The translations under genes and the position numbers were made by a program. This document shows positions 49,018 through 56,807 of a stretch of DNA of 59,127 bases, one piece after another. The notes beneath the pieces were generated by a model that saw only the letters and a list, made by a program, of their open reading frames with translations, did no database searches and was not told where the DNA came from. Numbering within the stretch: position 1 is the first letter of the stretch; the number at the start of each line of letters is the position of its first letter. Origin of the DNA: an uncultured Candidatus Saccharibacteria bacterium. GTDB taxonomy: Bacteria; Patescibacteriota; Dojkabacteria; GCA-002793355. Location of the stretch: assembly GCA_964525295.1 (NCBI GenBank), contig CAZGEO010000002.1, positions 324,551 to 383,677 on the forward strand, in the 5' to 3' direction.

Positions 49018-49617
49018 CTACAAATGCGTAAAGGTGCGACGATGAATAGGTGACATACCTAGCTTTTTCAAGGCATCGTAATGAGCTACAGTACCATACC
49101 CTTTATGATTAGCAAAACCATAACCAGGGTATTCCTGATCTAACTTGACCATAAGATCATCACGATAGACCTTCGCAATGATTGATGCTGCAGCAATCGA
49201 ATAAAAATTAAGATCACCGTGATTATATTGATATGTTTTACTCAGTATTGGAATTGTTGCTGTTTCTCCATCCATCAGTAATACTTCTGGAGAGAATGGC
49301 AATGACCAGTATGCACGTAACATTGCAATATATGTTGCCTTTCTAATACCAAAGCTATCAATTTCTTCAGAAGAAGCAATACCTATCGCATAATAGGGGA
49401 GAGTATTCTTCAATTCTTCTGCGTAGCGATTACGCTGCAATGCAGAAAGGGTCTTTGAGTCTCGAATTTTCGGAAGATAATCGTTTACTGAATTTACCAC
49501 AGCAATTCCTGCAACAACTGGTCCGGCTAAACAACCTCTACCAACTTCATCAACACCGGCAACAAAGGAAAAACGTTGTAATAAATCAAACTCAATAGAG
49601 AATGACGGAAACTGCAT
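49018..49617 (-). CDS. rnhB: Ribonuclease HII
   Basis: AGVDEVGRG.LAGPV, DSK, LMDG, SIAAASIIAKV.RD and HKGYGT. Confidence 0.96.
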   Translation of the reverse strand: MQFPSFSIEFDLLQRFSFVAGVDEVGRGCLAGPVVAGIAVVNSVNDYLPKIRDSKTLSALQRNRYAEELKNTLPYYAIGIASSEEIDSFGIRKATYIAMLRAYWSLPFSPEVLLMDGETATIPILSKTYQYNHGDLNFYSIAAASIIAKVYRDDLMVKLDQEYPGYGFANHKGYGTVAHYDALKKLGMSPIHRRTFTHL

Positions 49618-50117
49618 TAAGATGCAGTTTCAACTGATGCATCTTGAGGAACTGCAACAGCCTTCTTGTCTTTCGCTTTAACTTTCAATGCTTGCTTACC
49701 AACTCGTTTTCTCAAATAGAAGAGTTTTGCTCGACGTGGAGCACCTTTTGCAAGAATTTCTAATTTCTCTAAAACTGGTGAATACAATGGAATAATTTTT
49801 TCAACTCCAACGTTATCTGCACCAATTTTTCTTACAACAAACTTCTTGTTTAAACCATAACCTTTCATTGCAACTACGACACCGCGGAATGGTTGCGATT
49901 TTAGGTTATCCATCTCATTGAAAACTTTACCTGCATCTTCGGCTTTTTTCTTTGCCTGCTTTTCTGCAGTTGTTAAGGTTTTCTGTACTTTTTTCAAAAC
50001 GATAATTTTTGTGTGTGCAACAACAGTATCGCCAACGCGAACTGATTTTCGAACTTCCATATCTGGTAATTCTTTCGCAAACTCAGCTGCGACTTTGTTC
50101 ATAACTTCAGCATTCAT
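49617..50117 (-). CDS. rplS: 50S ribosomal protein L19 with an internal insertion
   Basis: VGDTV, F.GVVVA, F.VRKIG..GVEK..PLYSP and RRAKLFYLR motifs. Confidence 0.95.
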   Translation of the reverse strand: MNAEVMNKVAAEFAKELPDMEVRKSVRVGDTVVAHTKIIVLKKVQKTLTTAEKQAKKKAEDAGKVFNEMDNLKSQPFRGVVVAMKGYGLNKKFVVRKIGADNVGVEKIIPLYSPVLEKLEILAKGAPRRAKLFYLRKRVGKQALKVKAKDKKAVAVPQDASVETAS

Positions 50118-50134
50118 GCCGTAATAGTATCATA

Positions 50135-51247
50135 TTATTTTGTCGAGGTCAACGCACTTGCCACGATTTGTATCAACTTTTCTTGTTGCTTAATTTTTAG
50201 TTCTGGTCCTAAAGGCAAAAGTATCAATTTATGCTTTTTTGACCATTCACAATCATCGAGCTGAGAAACTACAAAAAAGCCTTTTTGCCGCGCTTTATCA
50301 ATGAATTCCTGCGCAACTTTGGGTTTCATAATTAGCGGAAATCCACGCAAATTACCGTAGCTAGCCACCTGTGTGAAGCCGTCTTCATCAGACTTTGAAT
50401 AATCATGAACACCAAGCCACACTTGCTTATTGCACTGTATTATTCTTGAGAGTTTATCAAAATATTTAATCGATTGTGCAATTTTGATTTCAACAACTTT
50501 TTTTACTGCAATTCTATCGTATAAATGGAGAAATATTCTCCAAAGAGATGCAGGCTGAAACGAATCTCCTATTAAATCATTGTGCTTTTTTAATGTATTC
50601 TCTGCAATAATAGCTAAGCGCGTCGATCTAAGTAATTTGGCAAACCATAATTCAAATAAATATACATGCCAAAGCCAAAAAGCACGAATAAAATACGAGT
50701 ATGGATAAGTATTCTTCCCTCTTTCTCGGGCATTTCTCGTATATATTGCGATAGCACCTGTAAACGGCGTTACTTTTCTAAAGCTATTAAGAATTAAACT
50801 TCTATCATTTTCTGGAAAGAATTCACCCGAGGGATACGGAATTCGATGTACCATATCTGTTACAAGTAGCGTTCTTATATGCAATGAACGAGCGACTGAA
50901 AAGGGTAGTGTAAAACCCATTCCTTCAGGAGAGAAATTAATAACAATATCGGGCTGTAACTCGTCAATCAACTTCCTGACTTCTACTTCATTAGCAACTA
51001 AATCTTTACCGACTTCGTATAATTTCACGCGATATCCATGTGAAATCATATTCTCAACTACGTCTGTGCAATAAAAGCTGGGAACCAAAATCAGTGAGTT
51101 TTTTCGGTATCCTAATCTTGGGAGTAAATCCCACAAAGCATCTTCCCACGATAAGTACACTTCACGAACAATTCCATTCGGCCAAACTTGCTTTTCTTTT
51201 TGCAAGTACGCAAATATGTTGTACGGTTGCAAGAAATACGGAGTCAC
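50135..51247 (-). CDS. Divergent DegT/DnrJ-like PLP-fold protein
   Basis: LVPSFYC.DV, Asp in LVTDMVH and Lys in NSFRK. Confidence 0.6.
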   Translation of the reverse strand: MTPYFLQPYNIFAYLQKEKQVWPNGIVREVYLSWEDALWDLLPRLGYRKNSLILVPSFYCTDVVENMISHGYRVKLYEVGKDLVANEVEVRKLIDELQPDIVINFSPEGMGFTLPFSVARSLHIRTLLVTDMVHRIPYPSGEFFPENDRSLILNSFRKVTPFTGAIAIYTRNARERGKNTYPYSYFIRAFWLWHVYLFELWFAKLLRSTRLAIIAENTLKKHNDLIGDSFQPASLWRIFLHLYDRIAVKKVVEIKIAQSIKYFDKLSRIIQCNKQVWLGVHDYSKSDEDGFTQVASYGNLRGFPLIMKPKVAQEFIDKARQKGFFVVSQLDDCEWSKKHKLILLPLGPELKIKQQEKLIQIVASALTSTK

Positions 51248-51317
51248 TACTAATCATCAATTACTAATTATCAATTTTCGATTATAGCGCAAATTACTTT
51301 CGTGCTAAAATCTATCA

Positions 51318-53174
51318 ATGGAAGTTATCAAGAAGTTATCACCAGAAGTCGTTAACCAAATTGCTGCCGGAGAAGTTGTTGAACGTCCAGCATCAGTATT
51401 AAAGGAATTAATGGAAAATGCAATCGATGCTGGAGCTACTGTAGTAGACGTCTTTCTTGAGCAGGGCGGGATAACAAAGATCGAAGTCCGCGATAATGGG
51501 AAGGGTATTGCGAAAGAAGACCTTGCGAATGCATTTGAACGATATGCAACGAGTAAACTACATAAGATTGAAGATCTTCAAGAACTTCTCACCTATGGAT
51601 TTCGTGGAGAAGCACTTGCTGCAATAGCCTCAGTTAGTAAAGTTACCCTAACATCAAAACAGAAAGAATCCGACCCTAATCAAATCCATGCAACCGCTGG
51701 GCAACTTTCAGAAATTCAGCCGACTTCACGATCAAATGGTACAACAATAACAATTCAAGAGCTATTCTATAATGTTCCAGCACGCCAGAAATTCCTAAAA
51801 TCGGAAGATACTGAATATAAGTACCTTTTAGAAGTTTTTCAAGCGTTCGCACTACTCAATGGAAAAATCCATTTTTCACTAACTCATAATGATAAATTGA
51901 TTTATACGCTCCCCGCGACTCAAACTGAAAAATTCCCAATAGAACGAGTATCGCAAATATTTAAAGTCACCAAAGAATTACTTTTACCAGTTTCGCACGA
52001 AGAATATGGAATCTCTATTCAAGGAGTTGCATTACATCCAAAAGCGCTAGGAATGCAAGCACGGTTTACTAAGTTATTCGTTAATAACCGACCTATTGAC
52101 GACAAAGGTCTCATGAAGGCCATCCAGCAAGGTGTTGCAGGATACATACCAGATACTTACAAAGCATCTGGTATTTTTGGAATTACTGTCGCTTCAGACC
52201 AGGTCGATGTAAACGTTCACCCTCGAAAATTAGAGGTAAAATTTATTAATCCGTTTAGAATATTTAGTGCACTAACTCATGCTATCAAGGCGACTTACGC
52301 AGGTTTAGTTGATGTCGAAATGAGAAATAGAGCAGAGCAAGCTGTTTCATTTACTCCACAAAATGCACCGTATGTCTCACCGGCTGCGACGCCTAGATTT
52401 GAACAATCTACTGATAAATGGCAACGCAAAGAAAATAACGCGTACGACAGACTCCGAAACACTCAACAGCCATTATTTTTTTCTGACACATCACAGGCAT
52501 TTATTCCGCCAGAAAGAAACGACGCGAAGTCATCAGAAATTCCAGATTTTGTTAAAGAACAAGCTCGTGATTCGCTTTCAGAAGCTACAATTACCCCAAT
52601 ATTAGGACGTTACATCACGGTAGCCTTTATGGATGAAGTATGGGTTGTCGATCAACACGCAGCTGCAGAAAGAATACGTTACGAAAAATTCAAAAATTCT
52701 TATTTGGAAGGCACTCTATTAGAACAACAGCCTCTTCTTGCACCAATTTCGATTCACTTGTCTGAACAAGAAGCAACAATTGCAAAGAAACATGAATCGC
52801 TATTCATGCGTTTAGGTTATTCCATCTCATTTGTTGAAAATTCATTGCTTATTCACGCAATACCAACGTTCATGCAAAATGCTGACATTGAGAATATGCT
52901 CCGAGATTCGATTGCTGAATTAGTCGAACATGACGACCTCTTTTTAGAGCCAATAATTGGCGATTTTCAAACAAATAAAGATTTGAGCCTCATTATTGCC
53001 ACCATGGCCTGCCACAATTCAGTACGTATGAATCAGCGAATTTCGCCACAAGAGGCGAGAAGCATTATGACCGATTTACTGAAGTGCCAGATTCCTTTTG
53101 CCTGCCCTCATGGCAGAAGAGTCGTATGGAGGCTACAAAAAGAAGAAATTGACAAACAATTCATGCGAACTTAG
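51318..53174 (+). CDS. mutL: DNA mismatch repair endonuclease MutL
   Basis: NQIAAGEVVERP, ATSK, GFRGEALA, VDVNVHP.K, endonuclease motif DQHAAAERIRYE, ACH and CPHGR. Confidence 0.97.
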   Translation: MEVIKKLSPEVVNQIAAGEVVERPASVLKELMENAIDAGATVVDVFLEQGGITKIEVRDNGKGIAKEDLANAFERYATSKLHKIEDLQELLTYGFRGEALAAIASVSKVTLTSKQKESDPNQIHATAGQLSEIQPTSRSNGTTITIQELFYNVPARQKFLKSEDTEYKYLLEVFQAFALLNGKIHFSLTHNDKLIYTLPATQTEKFPIERVSQIFKVTKELLLPVSHEEYGISIQGVALHPKALGMQARFTKLFVNNRPIDDKGLMKAIQQGVAGYIPDTYKASGIFGITVASDQVDVNVHPRKLEVKFINPFRIFSALTHAIKATYAGLVDVEMRNRAEQAVSFTPQNAPYVSPAATPRFEQSTDKWQRKENNAYDRLRNTQQPLFFSDTSQAFIPPERNDAKSSEIPDFVKEQARDSLSEATITPILGRYITVAFMDEVWVVDQHAAAERIRYEKFKNSYLEGTLLEQQPLLAPISIHLSEQEATIAKKHESLFMRLGYSISFVENSLLIHAIPTFMQNADIENMLRDSIAELVEHDDLFLEPIIGDFQTNKDLSLIIATMACHNSVRMNQRISPQEARSIMTDLLKCQIPFACPHGRRVVWRLQKEEIDKQFMRT

Positions 53175-54202
53175 CCGTTCACTTTCTGTTTGTGCTTGAC
53201 CGGTACCAATACTACACCAATCGAATTGCCTGCAAATCTACCTGCTGCAATGTCAGGATTTCCTTTTCTATCATTCGAGAGGAAGTTGATTGCATTTTGG
53301 GCCAAAATACTGAATTCAGTCAATTCAAGATTTTCATTCCTCACTCTAGTTTCTAGATATTTTTGAAATAATTGCCCTAGATCATTTATTATGTCGAAAG
53401 TTGTAACAGGCAAGTGGAGTGCTTTTGCCGTTGCAAGAAGAACTGCATTAATATTACCTGTTTCCATTTTCTGTGTTAATCTAAATTGCAAGTCGCTTGA
53501 TTCTAGAATTTGATCGAGTAATTGGGGAGTGCGTGCTTCAGAAACATTAAGATTATCATATCTTACAAAATCAATCTCACTGCTTACGACATAAGGAATT
53601 ACGTGTAATGAATGATTATGGAGTAATTCACCAATTTCGCGAATTCTTTGACGCGTAACTGTTCTGTCATATTTTTTCACATGATCACAATCAATTACGT
53701 AATACAATAATAATTGTTTTAGTAAGTCAGGTGAAACTTCAATACTATAATCCCTACGATTGAGTTGTTCTTGCACAATGACAGAAATTGCAAATGCCAC
53801 GTTATTTAAAACCTCGTTGGTGACTCCATCATAATTTACATTGCCCGACAATGCTTCTAAATAGGGAAGTCTACAAGCTTCTTCAATTTTCTTACAGGCA
53901 AAATAAGTTCTCATATATTTCGATAAATCTGGTTCTAGAGGCATTGTTGGTAAAGGATAAGAAATCTGGTTAAAATTGATTTTATCGATTTCTGCTTCAA
54001 TCATGGCAAATTCTTCTGGCATTGTTTTTTCAAATTTAATAACTTGATCTCTCAGATACTTTTCTGTTGTAGTATTTTTTCTTTCTTGATTTGAGCTTTT
54101 GGGCACTAGACTAATTTCTGCCTGAATATTTGTTATTGTCATAATTGCATAAAAGAATATAAGTCCTATATTATGCTTTAGTTTTCTGGAAAATCTTGAC
54201 AT
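53171..54202 (-). CDS. Hypothetical protein
   Basis: 343-aa ORF convergent with mutL; start is uncertain (54202 or 54142). Confidence 0.65.
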   Translation of the reverse strand: MSRFSRKLKHNIGLIFFYAIMTITNIQAEISLVPKSSNQERKNTTTEKYLRDQVIKFEKTMPEEFAMIEAEIDKINFNQISYPLPTMPLEPDLSKYMRTYFACKKIEEACRLPYLEALSGNVNYDGVTNEVLNNVAFAISVIVQEQLNRRDYSIEVSPDLLKQLLLYYVIDCDHVKKYDRTVTRQRIREIGELLHNHSLHVIPYVVSSEIDFVRYDNLNVSEARTPQLLDQILESSDLQFRLTQKMETGNINAVLLATAKALHLPVTTFDIINDLGQLFQKYLETRVRNENLELTEFSILAQNAINFLSNDRKGNPDIAAGRFAGNSIGVVLVPVKHKQKVNG

Positions 54203-54262
54203 AGCAATAATTTATCTCAAAATCAAACCTACGATGAATTTTGGCGTTCAAAATCGTTGCTC

Positions 54263-54291
54263 TTGAAAACTACTCTTAACTTTGCGATAAT
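54263..54291 (+). promoter_or_regulatory. Sigma70 promoter of tRNA-Leu
   Basis: TTGAAA 54263-54268, 17 nt, extended TGC-GATAAT 54283-54291. Confidence 0.7.
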
Positions 54292-54299
54292 TCACTTAT

Positions 54300-54382
54300 G
54301 CCGGGGTGGTGGAATGGCAGACACGCTACCTTGAGGTGGTAGTGCTCGAAAGGGTGTGGAGGTTCGACTCCTCTCCTCGGCA
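54300..54382 (+). tRNA. tRNA-Leu(GAG), no encoded CCA
   Basis: Acceptor GCCGGGG/CCTCGGC, anticodon arm CTACC-TTGAGGT-GGTAG, long variable arm, T-loop TTCGACT. Confidence 0.96.
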
Positions 54383-54614
54383 TTTTAGAAAAGATTTCAT
54401 AAACTTCTGATTAACAAGTAACTTATGGAATGTTTTCTAAATACCAAAATGTGAGGAGTTGAAACTTGAGGAAAACGTAAGTGACCTTACGGTTGACGAG
54501 AGCGGGGCTGCGCCTAACAACCTCTGAAAATTCGATGTGCAATTTCAGTGATGAATCAATGAAAGAAGATGAATCCTGAAATTGGTGGGTTGCCGACTCC
54601 TCTCCTCGGCATTT
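54383..54614 (+). mobile_element. Miniature tRNA-Leu-associated element bounded by a tRNA 3' duplication
   Basis: The 21-bp CGACTCCTCTCCTCGGCATTT at 54365-54385 is repeated at 54594-54614, 229 bp away, and encloses the structured motif. Confidence 0.7.
54453..54583 (+). ncRNA. tRNA-associated structured motif, copy 3 (Leu locus)
   Basis: Helices GAGG..TT 54453-60/AACCTC 54519-24, CGTAAG 54476-81/CTTACG 54486-91 and AATTTCAG 54541-48/CTGAAATT 54576-83. Confidence 0.7.
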
Positions 54615-54750
54615 CTTATTTTGTTTTTCCTTCACATTTTTTTTCTCAACTATCATTCGGTTTTACGCTCTTACAAGTCAATCCTTGGTGTTGCGCACAA
54701 AACAATAAAAATGAGTGAAGCGAAAACAAGAAGAAGAGAAGTTAAGTTGT

Positions 54751-54777
54751 GATGAGAGCGGGGCTACTCCTAACATC
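54751..54777 (+). repeat. Partial extra copy of the motif core
   Basis: GATGAGAGCGGGGCTACTCCTAACATC is 23/27 identical to 54495-54521. Confidence 0.7.
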
Positions 54778-54784
54778 AGGAACT

Positions 54785-55714
54785 TTAATAGTCGTCGTCT
54801 ACTGGGAATTCCCGGTGTTTAGCATGTCCTGATTTACCTTTTTTCTTTGTTATTTTTACATCTTGTGGGGTATTCCTCTCTTTGCCTTCTGAAGCTAGTA
54901 ATTGCTGCACTTGATCTTTAATCACGGGTTCGAAACTTGGTTTGGCCTGCAAAGCTTTTAGGAATGTACGAGCTTGTGAATTACCAGGATTTCTTTCTAA
55001 GAAATCTTCAAGTAAATCTACCAATTGTGGTTCAATTTGAGGATACAGTTTTTTAAAGGAGTCATCGAATGGCGCCTCAAATACATTAACAATAGACAAA
55101 ATAACTTGCTTGCCGCATCTCACAATATATGCCTGAATATTTCTAATATTCTGCGCTAATAATGAGTTGTTTTTCGAATTATTCAAATTTAATGAAAAAA
55201 TTGCCCATGACTTTCTTCGCAATTCATCGTTAAGACTCCACTCATTTTGAGGTTTTCGCCCTAAATCATTCATACCTGAAACTATCGAGCTGAGTTCACT
55301 CTCATCCAGAACTTTAGTACAAAGATCAATTGGTGTTACGGCAAAAGAAGCTGCATCATTATAATTGTTTAACGGAATATCTCTAAAAAGTGCTGCTGCA
55401 ATTGTTGCCTTTCCGCTCTCAACATCAGACTGAAACATTATCCATGCACCTTGGCGAGCTAATGATTCAAACGTGTCAAGTGCTACTCTTACTGAAGATT
55501 CATCTCCATGTTGAATTGCCTTTTTTTCTGAATTTTGTAGTTGGGAGAATACATTTGCATCATTCTTTCGTCTGATTCTAGCTATCTGTTCATCAAATGA
55601 TAAATCTCCTAATCCGATTACAAATGCAGACAATCCTTGACGTGCATTCTCAATATGCATAGCATTAATTTTTGCTTGACCAGCTTCTTTTCTAGCTGTT
55701 CTATTTCGAGTCAT
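54785..55714 (-). CDS. Hypothetical protein
   Basis: About 309 aa. Start moved to ATG 55714 (TACAAT 5 nt upstream) because the longer start overlaps the tRNA-Pro promoter. Confidence 0.7.
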   Translation of the reverse strand: MTRNRTARKEAGQAKINAMHIENARQGLSAFVIGLGDLSFDEQIARIRRKNDANVFSQLQNSEKKAIQHGDESSVRVALDTFESLARQGAWIMFQSDVESGKATIAAALFRDIPLNNYNDAASFAVTPIDLCTKVLDESELSSIVSGMNDLGRKPQNEWSLNDELRRKSWAIFSLNLNNSKNNSLLAQNIRNIQAYIVRCGKQVILSIVNVFEAPFDDSFKKLYPQIEPQLVDLLEDFLERNPGNSQARTFLKALQAKPSFEPVIKDQVQQLLASEGKERNTPQDVKITKKKGKSGHAKHREFPVDDDY

Positions 55715-55776
55715 ATTGAATTGTACTATAGGCAAGACTTTCCTGCCACAAAAAATATGATATAATTCACTCATAT

Positions 55777-55850
55777 CGGGGCGTAGTTCAGTTGGCTAGA
55801 ACGCACGGTTTGGGACCGTGAGGTCGCGAGTTCGAGTCCCGCCGCCCCGA
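55777..55850 (+). tRNA. tRNA-Pro(TGG), no encoded CCA
   Basis: Acceptor CGGGGCG/CGCCCCG, anticodon arm CACGG-TTTGGGA-CCGTG, T-loop TTCGAGT; promoter TGATATAAT at 55758-55766. Confidence 0.96.
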
Positions 55851-56697
55851 TATTTTATTTTCAAACCCTTAAAAACATTGATAACTCGATGTTATCAAAA
55901 TGTGTATCACATTGTCATCCGTTTTTCTGTCAAAAATTACAAACGATGATTTAGCTAATTGGTTGGGCATTACTTTGCGTTCGTAAAAGTTCAAATCCTG
56001 TCGTCCCCCATTTTTTTGCTATAATCAAATATGAATAAATGGAGAAAGCAATCATCTAAAATACTATTCACTCACCCGCGTATCACTTTAGTTGAAGATA
56101 CTGTCACAATTTCAAATGGTGATGAAATTAAGTATCTAAAATATCTAGAAAAAGGTAATGCTGTTACTTTAATTTGTAGAAATAAAGAAGGGTTATTCTT
56201 ACTAACAAAGGAATTCTATTATCCAATAGATGATGTAGTAATAGGATTTCCAGGTGGTGGTGTATCTGAAAATGAATCTATTGTTGATGGCGCATTAAGA
56301 GAGTTAAAAGAGGAAGCGGGTTTAGTATCTAATGATATTACGAGTCTAGGTTTTTTCACTATGAATGCAAGAAGGACATCTATGAAAAATTATGTCTATT
56401 TAATTCAAGATTTCCAACAAAGTGATATAAAAAGAGACCCTGAGGAAGATCAGTTCGAGCTAATATGGTTTTCACAGAATGAAATTCAAAAGAACATACA
56501 GGAAAGTAAAATATTTCATAGCTACACTCTTGCTGCGTGGTCGTTATATTTAGCTCATCTTAATTAATAATATTTGCTTCGGAAAGTTATAAAATTCTGG
56601 CAAAATTGCCACTTGCCTTTTAACTCGTCAAAAAGGAATAATAACTTACTCAAGAGTTCGGAAATTAGTTCGTAACGAGTCCCGCCGCCCCGATATT
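55851..56697 (+). mobile_element. tRNA-Pro-associated mini-island carrying a Nudix gene
   Basis: The 22-bp CGAGTCCCGCCGCCCCGATATT at 55833-55854 is repeated at 56676-56697, 843 bp away. Confidence 0.7.
56031..56567 (+). CDS. Nudix hydrolase (ADP-ribose pyrophosphatase-like)
   Basis: FPGGG, Nudix box ALRELKEEAGL and DPEED; TGCTATAAT 5 nt upstream of the ATG. Confidence 0.9.
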   Translation: MNKWRKQSSKILFTHPRITLVEDTVTISNGDEIKYLKYLEKGNAVTLICRNKEGLFLLTKEFYYPIDDVVIGFPGGGVSENESIVDGALRELKEEAGLVSNDITSLGFFTMNARRTSMKNYVYLIQDFQQSDIKRDPEEDQFELIWFSQNEIQKNIQESKIFHSYTLAAWSLYLAHLN

Positions 56698-56807
56698 AAA
56701 ATTTCCCTGTTACGTTATTAACAATTAGGCAATTCCGATATTCTCTAGCGCTTGTAAATGTATTTCTTGTTCTGTAATATGTTAATACATTAGTTTAGTA
56801 AGTGCTT

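Noticed and set aside
54541-54583. Box C/D or kink-turn reading (GTGATGA ... CTGA)
   Set aside because: Covariation between Leu and Asp supports ordinary Watson-Crick pairing of CTGAAATT/CGAAATTT, and the 3-nt bulge geometry is not met. Only the tandem GA is retained as an observation.
54423-54656. 77-aa minus-strand ORF over the Leu element
   Set aside because: Antisense to the motif and the tRNA duplication; not conserved in the Thr or Asp copies.
816-55575. Numerous 60-160 aa ORFs antisense or out-of-frame within longer recognised genes (for example 993-1379, 7814-8149, 25375-25863, 43608-44120, 47480-47923)
   Set aside because: Fully nested in well-supported CDSs and without motifs of their own.
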